From an uncultured delta proteobacterium (lineage in GTDB: Bacteria; Myxococcota; Myxococcia; Myxococcales; Anaeromyxobacteraceae), in NCBI GenBank assembly GCA_963845515.1, contig CAWJSR010000029.1:64001-128000 (forward strand): DNA of 64,000 nt, read 5' to 3'. Positions 20,971-31,275 of the stretch are shown one piece after another. The translations under genes were made by a program, and so were the position numbers. Each line of letters begins with the position of its first letter. Position 1 is the first letter of the stretch. Below the pieces are notes generated by a model. That model worked only from the letters and a program-made list of their open reading frames with translations. It had not been told where the DNA came from and ran no database searches.

Positions 20971-23078
20971 CAAGCCTTCGCCCCGCCGGCCGGCGGCAGC
21001 TCGGCCTGGATCTTGCGGAAGTCGGCGACGCCGCCGAAGAGCGCGGCCACGCGGCGAACCAGCGCGAGCCGGTTCTCCCGGAGCGCGGGGTCCTCCGCCA
21101 TGACCATGACGTCTGCGAAGAAGCGATCGACCGCGCCCTCCAGGGTCGCGACCGACATGAGGAGCGCGCCGTAGCTGCGCGAGGCGCGGTGCGCGGCCGC
21201 CTCGCCCTCGACGCGCGAGAGCTCGGCGTCGAGCCGGCGCTCCGCCTCCTCGCGGAAGAGCCCCGGATCGACCCTGCCCTGCCCCGCCCCCTTGTCCTTC
21301 TCCTGGATGTTGGCGGCGCGCTTGAACGCCACCGCGAGCGGGACGAAGTCGGGCCGGCCCTTCAGCTCGGCCAGCGCCTCCAGCCGCTTGCGGGCGTCCA
21401 CGACGTCGTCGAAGCCGGCCGCGAGGACCGCGTCCACGAGGTCGGCCGGGAAGGGCTCGCTCCACGCCGCCTTCACGCGGCCCCGGAGGTAGTCGATCAC
21501 CTGCTCGGCGACGACCGATCGATCGGCTGCCAGCTTCACTCCCTGGAGCGTGTCGAGCGTCCGCTCGACCGCCGCAGAGACCGAGAGGTGGTAGCCGCGG
21601 TCGAGCAGGATCCGGAGGATGCCGATGGCCGCCCGGCGGAGGCCGAACGGGTCGGCGGCGCCGGTGGCCTTCTCCCCCACCCCGATGATGCCGACGAGCT
21701 GGTGGAGACGATCGCCGAGCGCGACGAGCGCGCCCAGGTCCCCGCGCGGCATCTCCTCGGCGGCGCCGATCGGCTTGTAGTGGTCCTCGATCGCGTCGGC
21801 GATCTCGGGCCGGTACCCCTCGCCGCGGGCGTAGTGGCCGCCCATGATCCCCTGCAGCTCGGGGAACTCGCCGACCATGCCGGTGCCGAGGTCCGTCTTG
21901 CAGAGCCGCGCCACCTCGAGCACGTCGGCGACCAGCTCCTCCTTGCCGAGCGCCCTGGCCAGCGCCTCGGCGACGGCGCCGATCCGGTGCGTCCTGTCCA
22001 GCTCGCTCCCCAGCCTGGCCTGGTAGGTGCGCCGGCCGAGGTCCTCGATCCGGTCGCGCAGGCGGCGCTTCTTGTCCTCCTCGAAGAAGAACCGGGCGTC
22101 TGCGAGGCGCGCGCGGAGCACGCGTTCGTACCCGTGGCGCGCGACCTTCGGGTCGCGGACCGGCGTGCCGGAGACGGCGACGAACCGGTTCGTCAGGTTC
22201 CCCTTGCCGTCGACCACCGCGAAGTAGCGCTGGTGGTTCCGCATCTCGGAGACGACCACCTCGGGCGGGAGCTCCAGGTTCGACTTCTCGAACTCGCCGA
22301 CGACGGCCGTGGGGTGCTCCACGAGGTAGAGCACCTGGTCGACGAGCGACTCGTCCGGCCGGATCTTCCCGCCGGCCTTCTTCGCCGCCTTCTCCAGCTC
22401 CTTCACGACGAGGGCGCGCCGCACCTCGGGATCGACCACGACGTAGCCCTTGCCGAGCTTCGCGACGTAGTCCTCGAGCGTCCCCTTGAGCAGGATGGCC
22501 CTGGGGGCCATGAAGCGGTGGCCGTACGTCAACTTGCCGCCGCGCACCTCGCCGAACCCGACGCGGACCGGCTTCCCGCCGTACAGGGCGGCCAGCCAGC
22601 GGACCGGCCGGGCGAAGGTCACCTCGTCGTACCGGGAGCGCATCGCCTTGCGGAACTTGAGCCCCGCGATGAGCCTGTCCAGCAGGGCCGGAAGAATCGC
22701 CTCGGTCTTCTTCCCCTTCTCGACCCGCGTCACCGCGAGCCGCTCGCCCTTCGGCGTCACGGCCCGCTCGAGCGCGGAGACCTCCACCCCCTGCCCCTTC
22801 GCGAAGCCGATGGCAGCCGGCGTCGGCTTCCCCTCGGCGTCGAAGGCCTGGGCCACCGGCGGACCGAGCGCCTCGGTCTTCGCGTCGACGGCTTTGGGGG
22901 CGACGTCGCGAGCGCAGACGAAGAGCCGCCGCGGCGAGCCGAGCGAAACGACCTCGCCGTGGGCGAGGCGAGCCTCCGCCAGCGCCTTCGTTAGGTCCTG
23001 CTTCAGTTGCTGCAGCGCCGGGGGCATGAAGCCTGCCGGGATCTCCTCGGCGCCGATCTCTAGAATCAGGTCCGCCAT
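20970..23078 (-). CDS. glyS: Glycine--tRNA ligase beta subunit
   Basis: [47 protein letters not shown]. Confidence 0.96.
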   Translation of the reverse strand: MADLILEIGAEEIPAGFMPPALQQLKQDLTKALAEARLAHGEVVSLGSPRRLFVCARDVAPKAVDAKTEALGPPVAQAFDAEGKPTPAAIGFAKGQGVEVSALERAVTPKGERLAVTRVEKGKKTEAILPALLDRLIAGLKFRKAMRSRYDEVTFARPVRWLAALYGGKPVRVGFGEVRGGKLTYGHRFMAPRAILLKGTLEDYVAKLGKGYVVVDPEVRRALVVKELEKAAKKAGGKIRPDESLVDQVLYLVEHPTAVVGEFEKSNLELPPEVVVSEMRNHQRYFAVVDGKGNLTNRFVAVSGTPVRDPKVARHGYERVLRARLADARFFFEEDKKRRLRDRIEDLGRRTYQARLGSELDRTHRIGAVAEALARALGKEELVADVLEVARLCKTDLGTGMVGEFPELQGIMGGHYARGEGYRPEIADAIEDHYKPIGAAEEMPRGDLGALVALGDRLHQLVGIIGVGEKATGAADPFGLRRAAIGILRILLDRGYHLSVSAAVERTLDTLQGVKLAADRSVVAEQVIDYLRGRVKAAWSEPFPADLVDAVLAAGFDDVVDARKRLEALAELKGRPDFVPLAVAFKRAANIQEKDKGAGQGRVDPGLFREEAERRLDAELSRVEGEAAAHRASRSYGALLMSVATLEGAVDRFFADVMVMAEDPALRENRLALVRRVAALFGGVADFRKIQAELPPAGGAKA

Positions 23079-23080
23079 GG

Positions 23081-24027
23081 CTACGGCCACCTTCCCTTCG
23101 CGCGCTTCGCGCTCTGCGCTCGCCGCGGCCGCCGCCTCCACGCGCCGCCTTGCGCTGCGCAGGCGGCAGCATCGGGAAGCCGAGCGTCTCGCGCGAGTCC
23201 AGGTAGCCGCGCGCGCAGAGGTGCGCGAGCGCCCGGACCCGGCCGATGTAGGCCGCGCGCTCGGTGACGCTGATCGCGCCCCGCGCGTCGAGGTTGTTGA
23301 AGGTGTGCGAGCACTTCAGGCAGTAGTCGTAGGCCGGCAGCGGCAGCTTCAGCCCGATGAGCCGCTTGCACTCCGCCTCGTAGGTGTCGAAGAGGCCGAA
23401 GAGCATCTTCGGATCCGACGCGCGGAAGCTGTACTCGCTCATCTCCACCTCGTTCCGGTGGAAGACCTCGCGGTACTTGACCCCCTTCACCCACTCGATG
23501 TCGAAGACGTTCTCGACGTCCTGCAGGTACATGGCGATCCGCTCGAGCCCGTAGGTCAGCTCCGCAGCGACCGGGCGGATCTCGAAGCCGCCCGCCTGCT
23601 GGAAGTAGGTGTACTGGGTGATCTCCATCCCGTCGCACCAGACCTCCCAGCCGAGCCCCCAGGCGCCCAGCGTCGGGCTCTCCCAGTCGTCCTCGACGAA
23701 GCGGATGTCGTGCGCGCGCGGATCGATCCCGATCGCCTTCAGCGACCCGAGGTAGATCTCCTGCACGTCCGGCGGGTTTGGCTTGAGGATCACCTGGAAC
23801 TGGTGGTGCTGATAGAGCCGGTTGGGGTTCTCGCCGTAGCGGCCGTCGTTCGGGCGCCTGGACGGCTCCACGTAGGCCACGTTCCACGGCTCGGGGCCGA
23901 GGACCCGCAGGTAGGTCGCCGGGTTCATGGTCCCCGCGCCGACCTCGAGGTCGTAGCCCTGGGCGAGGATGCAGCCCCGCTTGGCCCAGTACTGCTGCAG
24001 GGTGAGGATGAGGTCCTGGAACGTCAC
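23081..24027 (-). CDS. glyQ: Glycine--tRNA ligase alpha subunit (3' end uncertain, frameshift near 23142)
   Basis: [49 protein letters not shown]. No stop in this frame before 19651 as sequenced. Confidence 0.93.
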
Positions 24028-24124
24028 TGACGCCTCCGAATTCGGCCGCGAGTGCGCGCGCCGGATCGCGCACGGTAGGGTGCGCCGGCCCCCGAAGTCA
24101 AACGGGAATTGGGCTCGATTCCGG

Positions 24125-24895
24125 TCATTCCTGCGAGAGGAGCGGCCCCACCTCATCGAGGAACTTCCTGCTCGCCAACCGCCTTCCCAGCAGGTGTTCC
24201 ACGAACCGGGTGAGCGCCTCCCGCGCCTCGCGCCCCGCGGGTGGCGCGAGCGGCTCGGCAGCTGCTGCGGCGAGGCCGCCGGCCTGCAGCCGCAGGAGCG
24301 CCGCCACCGTCGCGGGCGAGAGGGCCGGGAGCCCTCCGCCGCCCTGCGGCTCGCAGGACGCGCAGAGGAGCCCGCCGTGCGACGGGTCGAGCCGCGCGAC
24401 GCGATCCCCGATGGCTGCCCCGCAGCGCGCGCAGCCGTCGAGCCGCGGCATGAACCCTGCCGCCGCCAGCGCTCCCAGCTCGTAGGCACGGAGCGCGGCG
24501 GGGCGAGGTGACGCCGCGTCGAGCACGCCGAGGAAGGCGGCGAGCAGGTCGAAGAGCTCGGGGTGGGGCTCCGCGTCGCGCACCAGCTCGCTGGCCAGCT
24601 CGGTCGCGTAACCGGCGACCGCGATGCGGGAGAGCTCCGACCGGATGGCTCCGTGCGCACGGAGCGCGCTGGCCGACTCGAGCCCGAGCAGGTCTCCCCG
24701 CCGATCGGTCAGCTCCGCCGCCAGCAGCGTGAAGGGCTCGAGCAGCCCCTGGAAGCGGCGGCGCGACGCGCGCGCGCCGCGGGCGAAGGCGCCGACCTTC
24801 CCACGCTCGCGCGTCAGGAGCGTCACGATCCGGTCCGACTCGCCGTAGTCCACGGCGCGCAGGACGATCCCCTCCACCTTGACCCTGGATGCCAT
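24125..24895 (-). CDS. recO: DNA repair protein RecO
   Basis: [31 protein letters not shown]...CASC zinc finger. Upstream of glyQ. Confidence 0.93.
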   Translation of the reverse strand: MASRVKVEGIVLRAVDYGESDRIVTLLTRERGKVGAFARGARASRRRFQGLLEPFTLLAAELTDRRGDLLGLESASALRAHGAIRSELSRIAVAGYATELASELVRDAEPHPELFDLLAAFLGVLDAASPRPAALRAYELGALAAAGFMPRLDGCARCGAAIGDRVARLDPSHGGLLCASCEPQGGGGLPALSPATVAALLRLQAGGLAAAAAEPLAPPAGREAREALTRFVEHLLGRRLASRKFLDEVGPLLSQE

Positions 24896-24907
24896 CGCCC
24901 GCTCCGA

Positions 24908-25285
24908 TCAGGGCGAGCGGAGCGTCAGCCAGGCGACGGCAGCGACGATCAACGCCGCCGCGAGCGCCACGCCGATGGCCACCGCGACGCCGCCGGAGCG
25001 CTGGGGAGCGCGTTCGCTGCGGGGCCCGACCGCCTCCTCGTAGCGCAGGACGACCTCGTCCGGGTCGAGCCCGACCGCCGCCGCGTAGCCCCGGAGGTAG
25101 ACGACGACGTAGGCCCGGTGTGGCGTCCGCTCGGGATCGCCGGACTCGATCGCCTCGATGGCCGAGGCCGGCAGCCTGGTCGCCCTGACCACGTCGTCGC
25201 GCGAGAGACCGCGGAGCTCGCGCTCCTGTGCGAGGTGGCGTCCGAAGGCCACGAGCCCCTCGGCGATCTGTTCCTGATCTGCCAC
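24908..25285 (-). CDS. RodZ-like helix-turn-helix protein with C-terminal TM
   Basis: FGRHLAQERELRGLS...IEAIESG...YLRGYAAAVGLD then a hydrophobic helix. Confidence 0.8.
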   Translation of the reverse strand: MADQEQIAEGLVAFGRHLAQERELRGLSRDDVVRATRLPASAIEAIESGDPERTPHRAYVVVYLRGYAAAVGLDPDEVVLRYEEAVGPRSERAPQRSGGVAVAIGVALAAALIVAAVAWLTLRSP

Positions 25286-25299
25286 TGGCGCTTCCGGGA

Positions 25300-26058
25300 T
25301 CACTGCTGGAGCAGCTCCAGGCTCTTGCGGCACTCCTCGCCCACCACCGAGCCGGTACCGAGCTGGACGCAGCGATCGAACTCCAGGCGCGCCTTCTCCG
25401 CGTCGCCCGCCTTCATCTGGGCGGAGCCGAGCTGGTAGTGGGCGTCGGCGACCTTGTCGCAGTGACGCGCGTAGGCCTCGTACTCCTCGAGCGCGTCCTT
25501 CACCTTCCCGGCGTCGAGCAGGATCCCACCGAGGGTGCGATGGCCCGCGCAGTAGGACGGCGCCGCCCGGAGGCACGCGCGCATCTCCGCCAGCCCCTCC
25601 TCCTTGCGGGAGGCCGCGTAGAGCGCCAGCCCCTTGTTCATCCGCGCGATCCACGGCTCCCGGTAGCTCATCTCCGCGAGGGCCGCGTCGAAGGACCTGA
25701 TCGCCTCGTCGATCCGGCCCGTCCGCGCGAGGACCTGACCCAGGTTGTTCAGGGCCTCGGGGAAGGCCGGGTTCAGCGCGATGGCCCTGCGATAGGAGCG
25801 CTCCGCGTCGGCGTCCTTGCCGAAGGCCCGCTCCAGCACGACCCCACGTCCGAGCCAGGCGTCCGGGTACGAGTCGTCGATCTCGATGGCGGCGTCGAAC
25901 TGCTTCAGCGCCTCCGTGGCGCGCCCGGCGCGGAGCGCCTCCATGCCCAGGGCGTGTTGGAGCTCGGCGTCCTGCCGCTCCCGGCTCGATGGCCCATGTG
26001 CACAGGCGGCCAGGAGGAGTGGAGCGAGCGCCGCGAGCTGCAGGAGTCTATTGGGCAT
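25300..26058 (-). CDS. tgl: TPR lipoprotein, Tgl/PilF-type pilotin for the type IV pilus secretin
   Basis: Lipobox LLAAC, TPRs (EALNNLG), Cys-rich C-terminal half, 252 aa, myxobacterial position upstream of recO. Confidence 0.75.
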   Translation of the reverse strand: MPNRLLQLAALAPLLLAACAHGPSSRERQDAELQHALGMEALRAGRATEALKQFDAAIEIDDSYPDAWLGRGVVLERAFGKDADAERSYRRAIALNPAFPEALNNLGQVLARTGRIDEAIRSFDAALAEMSYREPWIARMNKGLALYAASRKEEGLAEMRACLRAAPSYCAGHRTLGGILLDAGKVKDALEEYEAYARHCDKVADAHYQLGSAQMKAGDAEKARLEFDRCVQLGTGSVVGEECRKSLELLQQ

Positions 26059-26060
26059 GG

Positions 26061-26537
26061 TCAGAAGGAGGCCAGGAACCGGGCTATTGCCGCGCCCTCG
26101 CCGGCGTCGGCCCGCTCGGACGTACCACCGATGGCCGGCGAAGCCGAGGGCGGACGCGGCGGGTGGAAGAGCGGGATGCGCTTCATCGTCTCGTCCTGGG
26201 CGGGCCCGGCGAGGTCGCGGAAGTTCAGGTTGTCGAGCATGAAGCCCATCGACTCGAGGAAGTGGAGCCCCTCGATCTCGAGGTCGCGGTAGGCCTCGAC
26301 GGCGACGTGCCGGTCGTCGTGGAGGTAGACGACGTTCTCGCCCGACTTCGTCAGGTGCAGCCCGACGAAGATCGAGAAGGTGCCGTTGGCGTTCCGGATC
26401 CCCACCAGCCAGCCCTCCACCTGCTGCGGCGACTTTCCGGGGATGGAGACCTGCGGCTGGTTGATGCTCTCGACGATCGCGACGATCTGCTCCTTCGTCA
26501 CGGGGACGTGGGTGATTCCCTCTTCCGGTTGGAACAT
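26061..26537 (-). CDS. Hypothetical protein upstream of tgl
   Basis: Clean ORF with GGGAGG RBS; ESINQPQV, EGLHFLESMGFMLDNLNF. Confidence 0.75.
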   Translation of the reverse strand: MFQPEEGITHVPVTKEQIVAIVESINQPQVSIPGKSPQQVEGWLVGIRNANGTFSIFVGLHLTKSGENVVYLHDDRHVAVEAYRDLEIEGLHFLESMGFMLDNLNFRDLAGPAQDETMKRIPLFHPPRPPSASPAIGGTSERADAGEGAAIARFLASF

Positions 26538-26562
26538 CCGCCCCTCCCCTGACTCAGCTGAC

Positions 26563-27246
26563 TCAGCGCGCCTCGACGACGTACTCTTCGTTGCGATCGT
26601 CCGTGTCCGCGGCGGTCCGCGTCATCACGACGAGCGGTGAGTCGATCATGACGTGGTCCCCACCGACGTTTCCCTCGCCGATGACCACCTTCATCCAGAC
26701 GTCCCGCGTGTAATAGCGCCGCTCCCCGGCGATGGCCTTCTTCGCGGCGAGGAACACACGGTTCTGGCCGGGACGGAAGTACTTGGTCACCTCCACCGGG
26801 AGCGCGCCATCGGTCCCCTGGATCTTCCGGATCCACTGGGCGTTGACGAAGACGTCGATCTCGTACTGCGTCCCACCCTCGACCGACTGCTCCGCGACGA
26901 GGAAGTAGCGCCGGGAGAGACGACCCGGCGCCGACTGGGTCGTCCCCGCAGCATAACCGTTCGCGGGAGCTCCGGTGAAGCCGCCGGCGGGTTGCCCCTG
27001 CCCGCCCTGCCCGCCCTGCGGGCTCGCGGGCGGTCCGGCGCGAACGCCGTCACCGCCCTCGACCTTCACCGCATAGCCCTTGGCCTCGATCCGGACGTTG
27101 CCCCGATCGTCGATGACCACCGTGCAGTTGTCGAACCGCTGCCCGGTGACGCCGTCGATGTTGACGCCGTTCAGGTAGACGGCTGCCCACGCAGGCGCGG
27201 CAGCGCAGGCCACGGCTGCGACGAGCAGAGTTCCAAGTTGGCGCAT
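26563..27246 (-). CDS. Secreted hypothetical protein
   Basis: Signal peptide (AWA), two beta-rich domains joined by a Gly/Gln/Pro linker. Confidence 0.75.
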   Translation of the reverse strand: MRQLGTLLVAAVACAAAPAWAAVYLNGVNIDGVTGQRFDNCTVVIDDRGNVRIEAKGYAVKVEGGDGVRAGPPASPQGGQGGQGQPAGGFTGAPANGYAAGTTQSAPGRLSRRYFLVAEQSVEGGTQYEIDVFVNAQWIRKIQGTDGALPVEVTKYFRPGQNRVFLAAKKAIAGERRYYTRDVWMKVVIGEGNVGGDHVMIDSPLVVMTRTAADTDDRNEEYVVEAR

Positions 27247-27368
27247 CTTAAGGACTTTCTAGCCCCGACCGGCAGCCCCCGTCAAGGGCGCGGCCGGCTG
27301 GGAGCAGGCGCCGCACCCCACACCTGCGACGTCCGGGATGGCGGGCATATTCCCCGAAAAAGGGCGCG

Positions 27369-28001
27369 TCAGACGCCGCGGGTCTCGGCGCCCCAAAGGA
27401 CCTTGTGGAGCTGAAGGCTCAGCCTCGCGTCGAGCCCCGAGGCGAGCAGCCAGCCGGCCAGCTCTCTGGGATCGACCCTGCCCCAGACCGCGCTGAAGAG
27501 GATCGCGCACCGCCCCTCGAGCCGGCGCGACCGGATCACCTCGGCCGACCAGCGGAAGTCCTCCTCCGAGGTGACGACGAACTTCACCTCGTCATGGGGC
27601 GCGAGCCGCTCCAGCCAGCCGAGCCCGGTGGCAGGGTTGCCCGAGCCGGGGGTCTTCACGTCGGCGATCCGGATCGCCTCTCGCGGCAGGGAGTCCAGTG
27701 GCGCCTGCCCGTGCGTCTCGACGGCCACCTCGTAGCCAGCGGCGAGCAGGTCGCGCGCCAGCTCCGGGAGCTCCCGCTGCAGCATCGGCTCGCCGCCGGT
27801 GAGCAGGACGAAGCGGCAGGGGTAGCGGGCGACCTCCGTGAGGATCTCGGCGCGAGAGCGCTCCTCTCCACCCTGGAAGGCGTACGCGCTGTCGCAGTAG
27901 ACGCAGCGCAGATCGCAGCCGGTGAACCGGACGAAGACGCACGGCCGGCCGGCGCGCGTCCCCTCACCCTGGAGGCTGAAGAAGATCTCGGTGACCCGCA
28001 T
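27369..28001 (-). CDS. queE: 7-carboxy-7-deazaguanine synthase (radical SAM)
   Basis: EIFFSLQGEG, CDLRCVYCD, TGGEPMLQ, SLQLHK. Confidence 0.9.
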   Translation of the reverse strand: MRVTEIFFSLQGEGTRAGRPCVFVRFTGCDLRCVYCDSAYAFQGGEERSRAEILTEVARYPCRFVLLTGGEPMLQRELPELARDLLAAGYEVAVETHGQAPLDSLPREAIRIADVKTPGSGNPATGLGWLERLAPHDEVKFVVTSEEDFRWSAEVIRSRRLEGRCAILFSAVWGRVDPRELAGWLLASGLDARLSLQLHKVLWGAETRGV

Positions 28002-28067
28002 CGGCGCTGGTTCTATCCCGGCGCGCGCTGCGAAGCACTCCCCCCGACGGTGGCGCCCGCCGGGCGG

Positions 28068-28862
28068 TCAGCGAGCTGGAGAGGGAACGCTCGCGTCGGC
28101 CACGGCCGTGGCAGGCTCCAGGCCGAAAGAGCGGCGGAGCCTGCGGCGCTCCGCGAACACGCGATCGGGGTAAGTCCAGAACCGGTCCGGGATCCTCCCC
28201 TGCTGGAGGTGCCTGCCGATCCGATTCGGCCCGGCGTTGTACGCCATCAGGGCGCGATCCTCGCGCTCGAAGACCTCGAGCAGCCTGCGGAAGTAGCGGA
28301 TGCCGAGCCGCACGTTGACCACCGGATCCTGCGGGTCGCCAGCCGCGATCCCGTGGCGCGCCGCCTCGTGGGCCATCGTCGCCGGGCGGAGCTGCATCAG
28401 CCCGCGCGCGCCGCGCGAGCTCTCGGCGCGGAAGTCGAAGCCGGACTCGACGTCTATGATCGCGGCCGACAGCAGCGGGTCGAGCCCCGCCACCCTGGAC
28501 TCCTCGACCAGGGCGCGCGCGACGCGTCGGCGGACGAGCTCCGGCAGCTCCGGAGAGCGCTCCTCGATCAGCGCCTCCATGCGCGCGCTCCACCCCTCGG
28601 GGCCCGGATCCGGGCAGGGCTGGCCGAAGCGGCAGGTGGGGATCTCGGCCTCGGCCATCGCGATCTGCCGGCGCCCGTCGACGGCGCTGCGGGGGGCGGC
28701 GAGGAGCACGATGAACGCGACCGCGCTCAGCGCCAGGACGACGCGCCCCTGCCGTCGGCGTCGAACGAAGCCGTTCGGCCTTCCCGCTTCGGCAAGCTGT
28801 CTGGCACCGTCCAAACGCATGTTCTCGGCTCTCACCCCAAGGACCTCATGCTTCAAGTCCAT
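28068..28862 (-). CDS. Lytic transglycosylase (SLT domain); start uncertain
   Basis: IIDVESGF, GARGLMQL, ALMAYNAG, N-terminal TM. Confidence 0.88.
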   Translation of the reverse strand: MDLKHEVLGVRAENMRLDGARQLAEAGRPNGFVRRRRQGRVVLALSAVAFIVLLAAPRSAVDGRRQIAMAEAEIPTCRFGQPCPDPGPEGWSARMEALIEERSPELPELVRRRVARALVEESRVAGLDPLLSAAIIDVESGFDFRAESSRGARGLMQLRPATMAHEAARHGIAAGDPQDPVVNVRLGIRYFRRLLEVFEREDRALMAYNAGPNRIGRHLQQGRIPDRFWTYPDRVFAERRRLRRSFGLEPATAVADASVPSPAR

Positions 28863-28984
28863 CCGCCGCGCACGTCAGGCAACCCTGGGAGCCTTTCGGG
28901 GGTGCTCGCGCCGCGGCCCGGCCACCGCGCTGTCGGCGCGGCAACCTGCGACAAATACATTCGTCGTTATCGGTAATTGGCGGT

Positions 28985-30067
28985 TTACGCCGCCCCGTTG
29001 CGATGGTCCGCTCCGACCGCGTCGGCGATCCGCTGGAACCCATCGTGGGCCATGTGCTTCACGAGCCCCTCGTTGATCTTTCGCACGAAGGAGGGGCCCG
29101 CATAGATGAGCCCTGTATAGGCCTGAACCAGGGTAGCCCCCGCCCGGATCTTCGCCCAGGCATCGGCCGCGTTCATCACGCCGCCTGCGCCGATGATCGG
29201 CACGCGCCCCCGCGCCCTGGCGTAGGCACGCCTGACGCAGGCGGTCGCGAGCGGCTCGAGCGGCGCTCCCGACAGCCCCCCCTGCTCGCGGGCGATCGGG
29301 TTCGACTCGAGCCCCGGCCGGGAGAGGGTGGTGTTGGTGGCGATGATCCCGCCTGCCCCGGCCTCGATGGCCACGTCCACCGCCTCGTCGAAGGCCTCCG
29401 GCTCGAGGTCGGGCGCCAGCTTGAGCAGCAGCGGCTTGCCCGGCGCCACCTGGGCGATCCGGGCGGCGCAAGCGCGGATCAGCTTCTCGAGGGCTCCCCG
29501 CTCCTGGAGCGCCCGGAGCCCGGGGGTATTGGGAGAGGAGATGTTGACCACGAGGTAGTCGGCTTGCCCGTGGAGCGCGTCGATGCAGGCGAGGTAGTCG
29601 TCCACCGCGCTCTCGTTCGGCGTCGTCTTGTTCTTCCCGACGTTGACGCCCACCGGGCCGATGCGGGCGGCCGCCGGCGCCGCAGCGAGCCTGCGCGCGC
29701 AGACCGCGGCCCCCGCGTTGTTGAACCCCATCCGGTTGACGAGCGCCCTGGCCTCCGGAATCCGGAAGAGTCGCGGCCGGTCGTTCCCGGCCTGCGGCCG
29801 CGGCGTGATGGTCCCGATCTCGACGTGCGAGAAGCCGAGCGCGAAGAGGGCCGCGAGGTGCGCGTCCCCCTTGTCGAAGCCTGCCGCGAGCCCGATGGGC
29901 GAGTCGAACCGGAGCCCCAGGCACTCGACGGCGAGCGTGGGCGCGGGGGCGTGACGCTGGAGGCGCGCCATGCCAGGGGTGACGAGCCCGAAGGCGGCGT
30001 GTGCGAGACCGTGAGCGGTCTCGGCATCCAGCCGGAAGAGGGCCGAGCGCAGGAGGGACCAGGACAT
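28985..30067 (-). CDS. pyrD: Quinone-dependent dihydroorotate dehydrogenase
   Basis: GLAAGFDK, NRMGFNN, NISSPNTPGLR, KLAPDL, TNTT, GGLSG. Confidence 0.96.
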   Translation of the reverse strand: MSWSLLRSALFRLDAETAHGLAHAAFGLVTPGMARLQRHAPAPTLAVECLGLRFDSPIGLAAGFDKGDAHLAALFALGFSHVEIGTITPRPQAGNDRPRLFRIPEARALVNRMGFNNAGAAVCARRLAAAPAAARIGPVGVNVGKNKTTPNESAVDDYLACIDALHGQADYLVVNISSPNTPGLRALQERGALEKLIRACAARIAQVAPGKPLLLKLAPDLEPEAFDEAVDVAIEAGAGGIIATNTTLSRPGLESNPIAREQGGLSGAPLEPLATACVRRAYARARGRVPIIGAGGVMNAADAWAKIRAGATLVQAYTGLIYAGPSFVRKINEGLVKHMAHDGFQRIADAVGADHRNGAA

Positions 30068-30079
30068 GGGAGCGGGTTC

Positions 30080-30565
30080 CTACACCAATCGCTGGCCGAG
30101 GACGAGCGACATGAGGACGGCGTCCTCACCGTCCTGGTAGTAGCGGCGCCGGATGGTGTCGTGGATGAAGCCCAGCGCCCGGTAGAGCGCGATGGCGGGG
30201 GCGTTGGAGGTTCGAACCTCCAGCATCGCACGGGTGGCGCCGCGGCGGACGCCGTCGGCCAGCGCCTCCTCCATGAGCGCCCGCGCCAGGCCGCGCCTGC
30301 GCGCCTCCGGCGCCGTCGCCACGTCCAGGACGTGCAGCTCGTCGTGGATGACCCAGTAGACGATGAAGCCGTCGATCCGCGCGGCGGTCCCGACGTCCTG
30401 CGCCGACTCCGCGCAGAGCAGCGAGGAGTACGCCCGCCCGAGCTCGCTGCGAAGCTGCGCCTCGGACCACGGGTGCGCGTGCGCGGCCTGCTCGATCTCC
30501 AGGAGGCGTGCCACGTCCGGCTCCGCGGCGAGCCGGAGCCGGATGCGAGGGTCGGCGCCGGTCAC
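30080..30565 (-). CDS. rimI: Ribosomal protein S18-alanine N-acetyltransferase
   Basis: HPWS, ELHVLDVAT, RRRGLA, LEVRTSN..AIALY, RRRYY..GEDA. Confidence 0.88.
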   Translation of the reverse strand: MTGADPRIRLRLAAEPDVARLLEIEQAAHAHPWSEAQLRSELGRAYSSLLCAESAQDVGTAARIDGFIVYWVIHDELHVLDVATAPEARRRGLARALMEEALADGVRRGATRAMLEVRTSNAPAIALYRALGFIHDTIRRRYYQDGEDAVLMSLVLGQRLV

Positions 30566-31224
30566 TCGGAGGGAACCTCGGCAGGCGGCACCAGGATCCG
30601 GACCGTGGCGCGCGCCCTCAGCTCGCCGACGATCTTCTTCACCTCCCCCGCCAGCCGCAGCTCCGACAGGTGCGCGCGGACCTCGTCCCTCGCGGGGCTG
30701 GCCCCGGTCCCGACCCCGCGAGCACGCAGGTACTCGTCTATCTCCGCCTCCCCTACCCTGACCGACTGCCCGACCCTTCCTTCCACGAACCGCTGCACGC
30801 GCAGGCTCCGCGAGAGCGTGACCAGCAGCTCGTCGTCGGCGAGGTCGTTCAGCGAGAGGAAGCGCGCGTACTCGGCCTGCGACGCGAAGCGCGATCGGAA
30901 GCGGAGGAGCTCCAGGACGGCCTCCTCGCGCCCGACCTCGGCGACCAGGAGCCGGTCGGCCTCCTCGGCCACCAGCGTCTGGTCGATCAGCCACTCGAGC
31001 GCGGCCGTGAGCGCCTGGCCGTCGAGCGGACCGAAGGCGGCCTCGGTTGCGCCCCGCGCGACCAGCGCCACGCGCGCCTCCTCGCGGAGCCGCGTGAGCG
31101 TGATCGGACGGACCGGACGGATCGAGGACGCCTGGACCGTCGCCACCATCGCCTCGACGATCCGCCCCGGGCCGCTCGCCGGTTCGGCGGCGAGCGCAGC
31201 GGCGGCGAGCAGGAGCAGGAGCAT
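30562..31224 (-). CDS. Secreted protein resembling a SurA N-terminal chaperone domain
   Basis: Signal peptide, IVEAMVATV, LEWLIDQTL, ELRARATVRIL. Confidence 0.6.
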   Translation of the reverse strand: MLLLLLAAAALAAEPASGPGRIVEAMVATVQASSIRPVRPITLTRLREEARVALVARGATEAAFGPLDGQALTAALEWLIDQTLVAEEADRLLVAEVGREEAVLELLRFRSRFASQAEYARFLSLNDLADDELLVTLSRSLRVQRFVEGRVGQSVRVGEAEIDEYLRARGVGTGASPARDEVRAHLSELRLAGEVKKIVGELRARATVRILVPPAEVPSE

Positions 31225-31241
31225 CGGGGCATTGTAAGGCA

Positions 31242-31269
31242 TTGACGCGCGCGCAGGCGGCGTTACGGT
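31242..31269 (+). promoter_or_regulatory. Sigma70-like promoter of the DnaJ-family gene
   Basis: TTGACG-16 nt-TACGGT, 6 nt before the GTG start. Confidence 0.5.
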
Positions 31270-31275
31270 GTCCCC

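Noticed and set aside
19651..24660. 1669-aa ORF in the track
   Set aside because: It chains glyQ, an off-frame read of glyS and the downstream lipoprotein because the glyQ stop is missing; not a credible single protein.
26549..26566. CTGACTCAG tandem duplication
   Set aside because: Two 9-bp copies at a stop codon; too short to be an array or a supported binding site.
27369..28001. queE as part of a 7-deazaguanine DNA-modification island
   Set aside because: No dpd or tgt-like genes nearby; the context is housekeeping.
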